64,000 nt of DNA from Candidatus Uhrbacteria bacterium (GTDB lineage: Bacteria; Patescibacteriota; Patescibacteriia; UBA9934; UBA10169): contig JACPJO010000004.1 of assembly GCA_016187485.1 (NCBI GenBank), positions 56,306-120,305 on the forward strand, read 5' to 3'. The notes below the pieces were generated by a model that was given only the letters and a program-made list of their open reading frames with translations, made no database searches and had not been told where the DNA came from. The first letter of the stretch is position 1, and every line of letters begins with the position of its first letter. Positions 35,167 through 44,367 of the stretch are shown here, one piece after another. A program made the translations under genes and the position numbers.

Positions 35167-35723
35167 ACCGAGTCCTCCGGCATGGCGGAGAGCTGTGCTT
35201 GAAGCCGCGCCACATCTTCATTCTTTGCAAACGCGGTGTAGTTTGGAAGCTGCACAACCGACGTGCATCCCAGATGCCGAAGAAGTGTTGGACTCACACG
35301 GTAGGTAGGTTGCATCTTTTGTTCGTTGGGTTCTTCTACAACCATGTCGCGCATCAGCAAATGGCGAAGGATCAGCGTGCAATTCACTCCGCGTACTTGC
35401 TCAATCTCAGGCTTCGTCATCGGCCCGCGGTACGCAATCACCGTAAGCGTTTCAAGCGCTGGGCGTGTGAGTTCGCTCGCGGCATCCTGTTTGACGAACT
35501 GTTCCAGGTCGCTCGCATAGGCAGGATTGCTTACCAGTTGAACGTCCTCGCCTGTTTCCAGCACGCATACGCCCGCATCTGTCGCATGGCAGCGCGACAC
35601 AAGTTCTGTAAGTGCTCCCCCCACCTCTTCTTTCGTGCACCCAAGCGCGCGTGCGAGTTGGGCACGCGAGAGAGGTTTGGCAACCGCGAAGAGTACGGCT
35701 TCAAGACGAGAGGAAAGAGACAT
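35163..35723 (-). CDS. scpB: SMC-Scp complex subunit ScpB
   Basis: LEAVLFAVAKPL, LTRPALETLTVIAYRGP.TKPEIEQVRGVN. Confidence 0.95.
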   Translation of the reverse strand: MSLSSRLEAVLFAVAKPLSRAQLARALGCTKEEVGGALTELVSRCHATDAGVCVLETGEDVQLVSNPAYASDLEQFVKQDAASELTRPALETLTVIAYRGPMTKPEIEQVRGVNCTLILRHLLMRDMVVEEPNEQKMQPTYRVSPTLLRHLGCTSVVQLPNYTAFAKNEDVARLQAQLSAMPEDSV

Positions 35724-35726
35724 AGC

Positions 35727-36440
35727 CTAGATGCGTTCAATGGTAATGTCGCGAAAGGTCGCAGACTGACGTGTGCGCACAAGCCGCTGTTTCATAAGCT
35801 CAAGAAGCGCCAAAAAGCTTACCACCACATCTATTCTTCGAGACGCACCCGACGTGAGGTCACGAAACGCGAGCGTCGCACGCGACATAATGGCAGCGCG
35901 TAATTCCTGCATGCGCTCCGCTACCGACGCCACGCGCTCCATCGTAGTACGCTTAAGAGCAAAGAATGGTTCAAGTATACGCAGCACGCGTGCAAAAGCT
36001 TCTTCCAGAACCTTCCCTGTAAGCGTCGAGGGAAATGCACGTGTCTTGAGTGTCGGCAGTTGCGGCCTCGGCCGTTCTGCCATTTTTGGCAGGAGAGAAA
36101 ACGCTTCCTCGATGTGCGGCGCCAATTCCATAAAGAGCTTGTAGAGTTGAACTTGCAGGGCAAGTTGCTCTCCTGTCCGTTCCTCCTCTGCTTTCTTCTC
36201 TGGGAGCAATTCTTGGGACTTCAGATAAAGAAGACGCGAGGCGACAAGGAGAAAATCTGCAAGTTCGTCCGCCGGTACTTCATGCGTATCGAGATACCGC
36301 AGATATTGTTCGGTAACGGCCGAAAGGGAAACTTCCGTGATCGGCATCTCTTCGTGCTCGATCAATTCCAGCAATAAATGAAGCGGTCCAGAAAACCGTT
36401 CGGTCTCGATAGTGTACGCAGGTCGTTTGCGATCCTCCAT
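35727..36440 (-). CDS. scpA: Segregation/condensation protein ScpA
   Basis: FSGPLHLLLELI, ADFLLVASRLLYLKS, VVSFLALLEL...QSATFRDI. Confidence 0.94.
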   Translation of the reverse strand: MEDRKRPAYTIETERFSGPLHLLLELIEHEEMPITEVSLSAVTEQYLRYLDTHEVPADELADFLLVASRLLYLKSQELLPEKKAEEERTGEQLALQVQLYKLFMELAPHIEEAFSLLPKMAERPRPQLPTLKTRAFPSTLTGKVLEEAFARVLRILEPFFALKRTTMERVASVAERMQELRAAIMSRATLAFRDLTSGASRRIDVVVSFLALLELMKQRLVRTRQSATFRDITIERI

Positions 36441-36441
36441 G

Positions 36442-37839
36442 TTATACAATCTTTATATGCGCCTCGCGGAGCGCTTTGGCGGACACATCGCTTGGCGCAC
36501 CCATCATGGGGTCGCGCGCGTCACCCGTCTTTGGGAAAGCAATCACTTCACGGATGTTGGGCTCCCCCGCCAGCAACATAACGATGCGATCAATACCCGG
36601 CGCGAACCCTCCGTGGGGTGGCGCGCCAAACGTGAACGCTTCAAGCATATGACCGAATCGTGTCTGTTGTTCCTCCTCGCTTACCTTCAAGAGATCGAAA
36701 ATGCGCTTTTGCAGATCACGTTCGTGAATACGGATACTGCCCGACGACAACTCATAGCCATTTAAGACAAGGTCATACGCATTCGCACGAATCGTTAGAA
36801 GATCTTCTCCGGCCATAAATTTTTCGCGGTCCTCTTCATGGATGGAGCAGAACGGATGGTGCTTCGCGGCAAGCTCGCCTTCTTCGTCCATTTCGAACAT
36901 GGGGAAATCAAGCACCCAACCAAACGCGAGTTCGTTTGGATCACTTTTATCTTGGCGAAGATCGGGCTTGTCCGTGCCGTACTTTTCTATCGCCTCGTTG
37001 TACGAAAGACGTGCGAATGGACGCGTGGAGATCCGCTTGTCCGGAAACAATTTTTCCACAAGGGCGATAAACATAGCCTCTGTGTATTGCAGAACATCTT
37101 CTTGCGTCACAAAGGACATCTCAAAGTCGAGCTGTGTAAACTCAGGCTGGCGATCACCGCGCTGGTCCTCATCGCGAAAGCACCGCGCCACTTGGAAGTA
37201 GCGCTCGAACCCTGCCACCATGCAGAGCTGTTTGAACTGCTGCGGCGATTGCGGCAAGACGTAGAACTTCCCTTCGTGGATGCGCGACGGCACAATAAAC
37301 TCGCGCGCCCCCTCGGGGGTGCCTTTCATAAGGATCGGCGTTTCAATCTCCACGAAATCATGTGCATGCATGTATTCGCGGAAAAAAGTGATCACGCGGT
37401 CACGTAGCCGGATATTTCGCTGCATGCGCTCCGCACGAAGATCCAGGTATCGATATTTCAACCGAAGCTCCTCGTTGATACCAGACGTTTCTTTGTTGAC
37501 CTCAAACGGCGGCGTCGCCGCTTTGTTCAACAACCGCACGTCTTTTGCCGCTACCTCAATCATGCCCGTGGGGAGGTCCACATTCACTTGCTTCGCACCG
37601 CGTTTTTGCACAACACCAGAAACTTCCACAACATATTCATGGCCAAGCCCGCTCACCACTTCGATCGTATCAGCCGAAAGATCCGGCTTGTAACACACAA
37701 TCTGCACCAAACCACTCCGGTCGCGCAAGTCAAAAAACACCAATTTATCCCCCATGATACGCACAGAATGCACCCAGCCCTTCAGAAGGACAGCGTTCCC
37801 TTCTGCATTCACCGTCTCCCCAGCAAGTAAGCGCTCCAT
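36442..37839 (-). CDS. aspS: Aspartate--tRNA ligase, bacterial type, lacking the GAD insertion domain
   Basis: DLRDRSG, LRLKYRYLDLR, TPEGAREF, LPQSPQQFKQL, CFRDED.RGDRQPEFTQLD, HHPF, GAPPHGG. Confidence 0.96.
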   Translation of the reverse strand: MERLLAGETVNAEGNAVLLKGWVHSVRIMGDKLVFFDLRDRSGLVQIVCYKPDLSADTIEVVSGLGHEYVVEVSGVVQKRGAKQVNVDLPTGMIEVAAKDVRLLNKAATPPFEVNKETSGINEELRLKYRYLDLRAERMQRNIRLRDRVITFFREYMHAHDFVEIETPILMKGTPEGAREFIVPSRIHEGKFYVLPQSPQQFKQLCMVAGFERYFQVARCFRDEDQRGDRQPEFTQLDFEMSFVTQEDVLQYTEAMFIALVEKLFPDKRISTRPFARLSYNEAIEKYGTDKPDLRQDKSDPNELAFGWVLDFPMFEMDEEGELAAKHHPFCSIHEEDREKFMAGEDLLTIRANAYDLVLNGYELSSGSIRIHERDLQKRIFDLLKVSEEEQQTRFGHMLEAFTFGAPPHGGFAPGIDRIVMLLAGEPNIREVIAFPKTGDARDPMMGAPSDVSAKALREAHIKIV

Positions 37840-37840
37840 A

Positions 37841-39148
37841 TTATGGTGTCAAACGATTAATAGTTCTTGGGAAAGGGATCGTCTCGCGCACGTGGTTGAC
37901 GCCGGTAATCCAGCGTACCCAACGCTCTAATCCGACACCGCCGCCCGCATGAGGAATTCCTCCGTACTTCCGCACATCCAGATACCATTGGTAATCTTCC
38001 ACGCGGTAGTTGCGCTCTTTCAGGTTCGCCAAGAGCTTCTGGTAATCGTTTTCACGCACGGCTGCTGTCGCAATCTCTCCGGCACCCTCAGGCGCAATCA
38101 AATCGGCACAGTATCCGCGTTCAATACCATCTGCGTCTGTATAGCGATGCATATAGAACGCCTTAACCGCGTAGGGATAGTCTTCAATAAACACAGGGAG
38201 TTGATAGATCTCGCCGATTTTCTCTTCAGCCTCGGTGTTCAGATCATCCTCTGCCGTCAAATGAAAACCGTGTTGTTCATTAAGCGTTCGGATCATGTCA
38301 CGTAGTTTGAATCTTGGGAACGGTTCCTTTGCGGCGCGGGCCAAGAGCGTCGTGTCGCGTTCCAATATCTTCAATTCTTGTGCGCGTTCCTTCAATACAT
38401 GCGTGAGCACGTACTTCAACAGGCGCTCCGTGAAATCCATGCTCGCCGCTTGATCGAACAACGGCGCTTCCCAATCCATCATCCAAAACTCATTCAGGTG
38501 CTTGCGCGTCTTGGATTTCTCGGCGCGAAACACCGGCCCAAAGTCGTACACTCGGCCAAGTCCATGCTCCATTGCCTCCAAATAAAGTTGCCCCGATTGC
38601 GTGAGGTATGCCGGTGTACCGAAGTGATCCACCGCATAAAGTTCCGTAGTGTCTTCGCAAGATGTTGGTTGAAAGATCGGCGTATCTGTGCGCGTGAATC
38701 CTTCATGGCGCAAAAACTCCACAATGCGCCAGGTTATCTCATCACGAATGCGCAGCACCGCCCACGGCGTGGCAGAACGTACGTAGAGGTGACGATTGTC
38801 GAAAAGAAATTCAGGGCCGTGCTCTTTCTTCGCGATCGGATAGTCTTCTTCGGCAAGCGAGAGGATTTCAAATCCCGTTCCTTCTACTTCGTATCCGGAC
38901 GGAGCCCGCGGTTCAGCCTTCACGACTCCGCGCACAACCACAGAAGACTCCATCCGCACCCTCGTAAGTTCCTGCCAAAGAGACTCCTCCACTCCCCCTT
39001 TGCTGTAGACTATTTGAACAAAGCCCGTCCCGTCACGAAATTGCAAAAAGAAAATCTTTCCGCTCGAGCGAAAGTTGTAGGCCCACCCTTTCAGTTCCAC
39101 CTCCTCCCCAACCTCCCCCGGCAGATCTGCCACAAAACACGTATGCAT
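37841..39148 (-). CDS. asnS: Asparagine--tRNA ligase
   Basis: RSSGKIFFLQFRDGTG, KKEHGPEFL, YLTQSGQLYLE, FRAEKSKTRKHLNEFWM, WYLDVRKYG; start placed at ATG 39148. Confidence 0.93.
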   Translation of the reverse strand: MHTCFVADLPGEVGEEVELKGWAYNFRSSGKIFFLQFRDGTGFVQIVYSKGGVEESLWQELTRVRMESSVVVRGVVKAEPRAPSGYEVEGTGFEILSLAEEDYPIAKKEHGPEFLFDNRHLYVRSATPWAVLRIRDEITWRIVEFLRHEGFTRTDTPIFQPTSCEDTTELYAVDHFGTPAYLTQSGQLYLEAMEHGLGRVYDFGPVFRAEKSKTRKHLNEFWMMDWEAPLFDQAASMDFTERLLKYVLTHVLKERAQELKILERDTTLLARAAKEPFPRFKLRDMIRTLNEQHGFHLTAEDDLNTEAEEKIGEIYQLPVFIEDYPYAVKAFYMHRYTDADGIERGYCADLIAPEGAGEIATAAVRENDYQKLLANLKERNYRVEDYQWYLDVRKYGGIPHAGGGVGLERWVRWITGVNHVRETIPFPRTINRLTP

Positions 39149-39198
39149 AGCAGGGAAAAGTGTACCCAATCTGGGGTTGCGGCGCAATGCGGGGCCGT

Positions 39199-39957
39199 TT
39201 AAGTAAAAATCATCTGTGAAAGGGAGACGGCGGGGAGGGCCGGGGCATGAGCAAGAAGGAGAGATTCGACCACCTCCCCCATTTCGACAAGCACCTCCGG
39301 AGAGCGCGCCAACCGGTTGACCTCATCCAGAGCCTCACGTCGGGCAAAACGCAAAACACGAATCGTATCAGGACTCAAAGACTTTCCGGTTATCCCTTCT
39401 TGTGCGGCAGCGCACGCTTCGCAAAGAAGCCCTCCCTTAAGCGAGGACCACGTGGCCTTCTCGCGAATAGATTGACGACATTCTACGCACAGAGAGAGCT
39501 CCGGCCCGTAGCCGGCGGCCGAAAGAAAGTGGAGAGCCACGGTGTACCAGGAAAGCGCGTCGAGACGTTCGTCAGGCGTGCGTAGAAGAAATCGCATCCA
39601 TTCCTCAAGCGCGGTATAGGTATGCGGTTCGGCGTGATGAAGACGCGTCGTAAGGTCGGCAAGCGCGCGCGCCGCGTGCGCATATACGCTCGCTTTCGGA
39701 CGTCGGGCCAATAAAGGAAAAGATTCTACCGATTCTACGCCGGCCACCGTAAGGCCGCGCCTCCCTTCAACGACAAGAACCTGCACAACGCCAGGCGATT
39801 CGAGTTGCGGAGTAAGCTTTGCTAATATTTTCGCCCCGCCCTTTGCTAAAAGTTCCACCTTGCCATGCGTGCGGCTTAAAAAAACATACACGCGGTCCGC
39901 CTCCCGGTGCGCGCGGCGGTGGAGCACCATGCCGGTTGTTGAAAAAATATTACCCAC
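39199..39957 (-). CDS. recO: DNA repair protein RecO
   Basis: EADRV..LSRTHGKV..AKG, and a Zn motif CVEC...GGLLCEAC. Confidence 0.92.
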   Translation of the reverse strand: MGNIFSTTGMVLHRRAHREADRVYVFLSRTHGKVELLAKGGAKILAKLTPQLESPGVVQVLVVEGRRGLTVAGVESVESFPLLARRPKASVYAHAARALADLTTRLHHAEPHTYTALEEWMRFLLRTPDERLDALSWYTVALHFLSAAGYGPELSLCVECRQSIREKATWSSLKGGLLCEACAAAQEGITGKSLSPDTIRVLRFARREALDEVNRLARSPEVLVEMGEVVESLLLAHAPALPAVSLSQMIFT

Positions 39958-40351
39958 GCGTTTTTTCTAGATAGTCTTGGAGCAATAACATAGCGGCAAG
40001 GGCGTCTTCCTTCACGCGCGAGCCGTGCTCTCTCTGCAAGCGACGGCTTTCCGTGGTCGTAAAGCTTTCCTCTATCTCCTCCACCAGCACCGCCGTGGAG
40101 CTTGAGAGCTTACGCAGAAAATCAAGCGCGATGTCGGTCTGCGCGCTGGCGCTTCCATCCGCTTTGCGCGGCACTCCCACTACAATGCGGTCGAATTGTT
40201 CGGCGCGCACAAATCCGGCGATGCGCTCCGCCATCTTCCCCGGTTCGTTGTCGTGATACCAAACATCAAGCGGGACAGCGGTCTTCGCCTGTGTGTCCGC
40301 AAGCGCCAGCCCCACCTTGCGTGTTCCATAGTCAACGCCAAGCACGCGCAT
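39950..40351 (-). CDS. ruvX: YqgF/RuvX family nuclease
   Basis: VLGVDYGTRKVGLA, IVVGVP, EESFTT, DALAAMLLLQDYL. Confidence 0.92.
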   Translation of the reverse strand: MRVLGVDYGTRKVGLALADTQAKTAVPLDVWYHDNEPGKMAERIAGFVRAEQFDRIVVGVPRKADGSASAQTDIALDFLRKLSSSTAVLVEEIEESFTTTESRRLQREHGSRVKEDALAAMLLLQDYLEKTRG

Positions 40352-40353
40352 AG

Positions 40354-41130
40354 CTACACCGGGAGAGGCGTAAGAATTTCTGGGATGCCATTCACCAAAG
40401 CAAGAGAAACTTCAAAGTGCGCCCCGAGGCTCCCATCCACCGTAACGATGCTCCATCCGTCCGATTCCGTTTTCACGTGGTAGTCTCCAAGCGTCACCAT
40501 CGGTTCTACCGCCAGACACTGCCCTTCTTCCAATTTGGTACGCTCGTACTGCGCGTCATAATAATTCGGCACGTGCGGCGCTTCGTGTACTTCGTGCCCC
40601 ACGCCATGTCCCACAAGGGCGCGCACAATCCCAAACTTATACGGTTTAACAATCCGTTCAACGACTCTCCCAACGTCCGCCACCGTGCCGCCAACACGCA
40701 GGCCTGCCACCGCTGTTTCCATAGCTTCGCGCGTGACACGAAGGAGAATACTCGCTTCTTCAGAAATCTTTCCCACCGGAACCGTCACGGCCATATCTGT
40801 GCACAAGCCCTTGTACCAGCAACCAATGTCGAGGCCAACAATATCGCCCTCCCGAAGCTCCCGATCGCGTGCGCCAGATCCGTGCACAACTTCTTCATTC
40901 ACCGAAATGCATACGGTGGAGGGAAATGGTGGATCGTGAGGTTTTCCTTTGTATCCCAAAAATGATGGCGTGGCGCCCGCTGCGCGCATAGACGCCTCGG
41001 CTGCCGCATCAAGATCACGAAGCCGCACGCCGGGAGCGACAGCATCTACAGCAACTTTCAATGCAGCGGAGAGGATTGCTCCGCCTTCGCGCATGAGGTG
41101 AATTTCTTCCGGGGTTTTTGTCCAACTCAT
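40354..41130 (-). CDS. map: Methionine aminopeptidase type I
   Basis: CISVNEEVVHG, DIG...DMAVT, GHGVG..VHEAP, AVEPM, AHFE. Confidence 0.96.
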   Translation of the reverse strand: MSWTKTPEEIHLMREGGAILSAALKVAVDAVAPGVRLRDLDAAAEASMRAAGATPSFLGYKGKPHDPPFPSTVCISVNEEVVHGSGARDRELREGDIVGLDIGCWYKGLCTDMAVTVPVGKISEEASILLRVTREAMETAVAGLRVGGTVADVGRVVERIVKPYKFGIVRALVGHGVGHEVHEAPHVPNYYDAQYERTKLEEGQCLAVEPMVTLGDYHVKTESDGWSIVTVDGSLGAHFEVSLALVNGIPEILTPLPV

Positions 41131-41753
41131 AAAGAGGCAATAATGCGCGCCTGCACTTCCGCAACCGACCCCATGCCGTCCACATGGTGGAGAAGTCCTT
41201 TCGCCTCGTACTGCGCTATAACGGGAGTCGTGTCCTGCTCATAAATTTCCAGGCGCCGCATGATTGCTTCGGGTTTATCGTCGTCGCGTTGCACAAGAGT
41301 TCCCTCGCCGCAAAGACAGGACTCGCCCGCGGCATGCCCCTCGGCGGCACGATACACACGTCCGCAGACAAGGCACGTCAAGCGTCCAGAGAGGCGCCGC
41401 AAAGTTTCCTCTTTTGGAATTTCGATCACAAGCACATGCGTCGGCTCGTCTACCTGTTCCATAATCTCGTACTGACTCTGATTGCGCGGGAAACCATCCA
41501 GAATATATCCGTTTGTTGTATCGGGCTCTGCAAGGCGGTTTTTAAGAACCTCCGCCGCGACCGGATCGGATACAAGGTTCCCTTTGTCGGTAATGCGTTT
41601 GATCTCTTGGCCAAGAGAGGAGCCCGAGGAAACAACGTCGCGTAAAAGCTGGCCCATGCCAAATGCTGGAATATTGAGGTGCTTTGAAAGGAGTTCCGCC
41701 TGCGTCCCCTTCCCGCTCCCCTGGGGGCCCATCATGAGGATTTTGTAGGTCAT
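41127..41753 (-). CDS. adk: Adenylate kinase with Zn-type LID
   Basis: GPQGSGKGTQA, ILDGFPR, CLVC...CLC, QRDDD; start at ATG 41753, 9 nt after TGcTACACT. Confidence 0.96.
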   Translation of the reverse strand: MTYKILMMGPQGSGKGTQAELLSKHLNIPAFGMGQLLRDVVSSGSSLGQEIKRITDKGNLVSDPVAAEVLKNRLAEPDTTNGYILDGFPRNQSQYEIMEQVDEPTHVLVIEIPKEETLRRLSGRLTCLVCGRVYRAAEGHAAGESCLCGEGTLVQRDDDKPEAIMRRLEIYEQDTTPVIAQYEAKGLLHHVDGMGSVAEVQARIIASL

Positions 41754-41853
41754 AGCGGGAACAGTGTAGCAGAGGTTGGCAGGGTGAGGTAGGGGCCCAC
41801 AAGGGTTCCCTCGGAGCTTAATTCCGGGCAACAGCCATCGTTAAAATGACAAA

Positions 41854-41905
41854 GCCCCAGTGCGAGATGGTTCGAACCGAAGGTTCGAACCATCTCGCCT
41901 GGGGC
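41854..41905. terminator. Long hairpin (17-bp + 7-bp stem, one bulge, GAA/TTC loop) downstream of the 156-aa ORF; terminator and/or DNA cruciform
   Basis: gccccag-t-gcgagatggttcgaacc-GAA-ggttcgaaccatctcgc-ctggggc; the minus strand continues tttgtcatttt. Confidence 0.75.
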
Positions 41906-41940
41906 GAGACACGTCGTGCGCAGACGACGTGAGTGGAGGT

Positions 41941-42411
41941 TCAGGGGACCGGCAGGAAGCCGACGAAGGAGACGTCGTAGTGCCAGGAGTCGGCGGGCCA
42001 ATGCCGGGCAAGATCACGACCGAACTGGTCGGACATGAAGCCCGGCACGGACAGCGACCTGCTGTCGTGGTACCAGCACGCGTCGATGTCGGGGACGGAG
42101 ATGTGGTAGCCCCGAGGATCAAAGACGCGACACCACCACGTGAAGGCGCCAACGTGGCCCAGGGCACCCTTCTTGCGGAAGTGGTCCCGGACGACGTCCG
42201 CCGGGATGACCTCGCCCGGCCGGAGGTCGGGCGTCCAGACCATCGGCTTGAACTTGCAGCCGCGACCCGGGATCAGCTTGCCGCTCGAGCCCACATAGTA
42301 GTCCCAGATGGTGTAGCCCTGATCCAAGTGGGTGAGATCGAGTTCGCGGGCCACGAGGGCGGTCAGCTTGGTAGCGTGGAGGTCGGGGACCGTGATGATG
42401 TCGTAATTCAT
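41941..42411 (-). CDS. Hypothetical protein; C-terminus resembles CPR DGR variable-protein (C-type lectin-like fold) tails
   Basis: GC3-rich 156-aa ORF with an SD-like AAGGAAGG; ends LSVPGFMSDQFGRDLARHWPADSWHYDVSFVGFLPVP. Confidence 0.65.
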   Translation of the reverse strand: MNYDIITVPDLHATKLTALVARELDLTHLDQGYTIWDYYVGSSGKLIPGRGCKFKPMVWTPDLRPGEVIPADVVRDHFRKKGALGHVGAFTWWCRVFDPRGYHISVPDIDACWYHDSRSLSVPGFMSDQFGRDLARHWPADSWHYDVSFVGFLPVP

Positions 42412-42557
42412 GTTCCAGTTCCTTCCTTCTTGTCCGACACCAAAGTGTCAGACATGGGGGGTTGTCAAACTTATCACTCCAAACCTGCTAACAACACGGG
42501 GTGTTGTCACAAAAAACAGGTCTGGAATGACAAGCTCTTTTAAAGGACGAAGGTGTG

Positions 42558-42586
42558 AATTTACCAGAAAATCAGACTTTTGTCAA
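42558..42586 (-). promoter_or_regulatory. sigma70 promoter for the 156-aa ORF (TTGACA-17-TAAATT)
   Basis: The minus strand reads TTGACAaaagtctgattttctggTAAATT, giving a ~140-nt leader. Confidence 0.65.
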
Positions 42587-42604
42587 TGAATATGGCCTAA
42601 TCTA

Positions 42605-42640
42605 GCATAAAAGCAAGGCCTTTGCCTTGCTTTTTTATGC
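42605..42640 (-). terminator. Terminator after secY
   Basis: gcataaaagcaaggc-cttt-gccttgcttttttatgc hairpin with A/T-rich flanks. Confidence 0.7.
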
Positions 42641-42659
42641 TGCCTCAAGACAACTCTTT

Positions 42660-43925
42660 TTAAACGTCGTATGCGTGAAGAGTCAGCTGCGAATCAACCT
42701 GTTTGATGACATCAATTACCACGGCAACCACGATCAGGATGGATGTGCCTCCAATAACGAGGTTTGCACTTCCCGTAAACTGCTGAATAATGAGCGGGAG
42801 CACGGCCAAGAGCGCCAGGAAGAGAGCGCCAGCAAACAACACGCGATTTACCACCCATCCCAAATACATAGCCGTAGATTGCCCCGGGCGAATGCCAGGA
42901 ATGAAAGCGCCACTCTTTTGAAGGTTCTCCGCTACACGATCAGGATGGAAAATCACCGAGGTATAGAAGTAGGTGAAAGCAAACACGAGCACAAAGTACA
43001 GCGCGCCGTAGACGGTTTGATTATTCACGACTTGTAACAGCCATGTTGCCGTGTCCTTCACCCACTCGGTGCGCGCATTCACCAGAAACTGTCCCACCGT
43101 TGTAGGGAGAAGCAGAATAGAGATTGCAAAAATAATTGGGATCACGCCCGCCATATTGAGCCGCAGCGGCAAATGGCTCGTGGCGGCACCAAGCAAGCGC
43201 GACCCACGGATCTGTCGCGCATGCTGGATAGGAATATTGCGTTGAGCCTCCTGCATCACCACGACGGCGTAGATCGTGACAAGCACCATGAGCACAAACA
43301 GGATCAGTGTGATCAAGCTGTCTTTGGTGTACACACTGAATGTCTGTTGAAGAAACGAGGGAAGCCCGGCGATAATTCCGGCAAAGATGATAATAGACGT
43401 GCCATTGCCTATCCGATATTCAGAAATAAGCTCCCCAAGCCACATCAGGAACACAGTCCCGGCAACCATAGAAAGGAGTGCTAATGCCATCGTCCAGCCC
43501 GACAGACTTGCGACAAGCGCTGGAGCCTGTTGCGACAGGAGTGCTGTGAGTCCGTACGCCTGGATAAAGGCAAGCGGCACGGTGGCCAGACGCGTCCACT
43601 GCATAATGCGCTGGCGTCCACGCTCTTCCTTTTGCATTTCTTCAAGAGACGGCACGACCATTCCGAGAAGCTGGAAGATGATAGACGAGGTGATGTAGGG
43701 AGCGACGCCGAGCGCGACAAGGGAAAAGTTGTCAAGGGTGCCGCCCGAAAAGATGTTCAAAAGCCCGAAGAATTGATTCCCTTCGAGTACTTGTGAAATA
43801 TCGCTCGCGTTCATGCCGGGCACCGGCACGTGCGCGACAAACCGAAACAATACCAACATGCCTCCCACTGCAAGCAGACTCCGGCGGAGAGCAGGGATCC
43901 GAATGACCTGGGTGAGCTTTGACAT
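42660..43925 (-). CDS. secY: Preprotein translocase subunit SecY
   Basis: FSGG, ALGVAPYITSSII, WLGELISEYRIGNGTS, AGVIPIIFA, FIPGIRPG, GGTSILIVV. Confidence 0.97.
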   Translation of the reverse strand: MSKLTQVIRIPALRRSLLAVGGMLVLFRFVAHVPVPGMNASDISQVLEGNQFFGLLNIFSGGTLDNFSLVALGVAPYITSSIIFQLLGMVVPSLEEMQKEERGRQRIMQWTRLATVPLAFIQAYGLTALLSQQAPALVASLSGWTMALALLSMVAGTVFLMWLGELISEYRIGNGTSIIIFAGIIAGLPSFLQQTFSVYTKDSLITLILFVLMVLVTIYAVVVMQEAQRNIPIQHARQIRGSRLLGAATSHLPLRLNMAGVIPIIFAISILLLPTTVGQFLVNARTEWVKDTATWLLQVVNNQTVYGALYFVLVFAFTYFYTSVIFHPDRVAENLQKSGAFIPGIRPGQSTAMYLGWVVNRVLFAGALFLALLAVLPLIIQQFTGSANLVIGGTSILIVVAVVIDVIKQVDSQLTLHAYDV

Positions 43926-43931
43926 AAGACG

Positions 43932-44366
43932 TTAAACGACTTGGCCGCCCGCGGCTTGTATTTTTTCGCGCGCGCTCGCGGAAACCGAACACCCTTTGAC
44001 CGTGAGGGCTTTCCCAAGTGCTCCCGTGGCAAGAATTTTGACATTCACAGCATTCGCGGGCACAAGTCCTTTTTCCTTGAGCACTTTTGGCGTCACCATC
44101 GCCCCTTCTTGAAATACTTGGGCAAGCTTCGTGAAGTTGACGACAGACGGTTTGGGAGTGAGGCTTCGGAATCCGCGCACTTTCGGCGTCGCCAAAATAA
44201 TGTGGCGCATACCGAGACGCTTAGTACCGCTTACGCCTGAGCGCGCCGTTTGTCCCTTCCCTCCGCGGCCAGAGTACGTCCCCTTAGAGCCAAGACCACG
44301 TCCAACGCGCTTTTTTCCTTTCCGCGCTCCTTTGGCGGGACGAAGGGTATGTAGTTGCAGAGCCAT
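43932..44366 (-). CDS. rplO: 50S ribosomal protein uL15
   Basis: KRVGRGLGSKGTYSGRGGKGQTARSG; operon position. Confidence 0.96.
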   Translation of the reverse strand: MALQLHTLRPAKGARKGKKRVGRGLGSKGTYSGRGGKGQTARSGVSGTKRLGMRHIILATPKVRGFRSLTPKPSVVNFTKLAQVFQEGAMVTPKVLKEKGLVPANAVNVKILATGALGKALTVKGCSVSASAREKIQAAGGQVV

Positions 44367-44367
44367 A

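Noticed and set aside
41854-41905. Bulged hairpin considered as an integron attC site
   Set aside because: It lacks properly placed RYYYAAC/GTTRRRY ends, and there is no integrase or cassette array.
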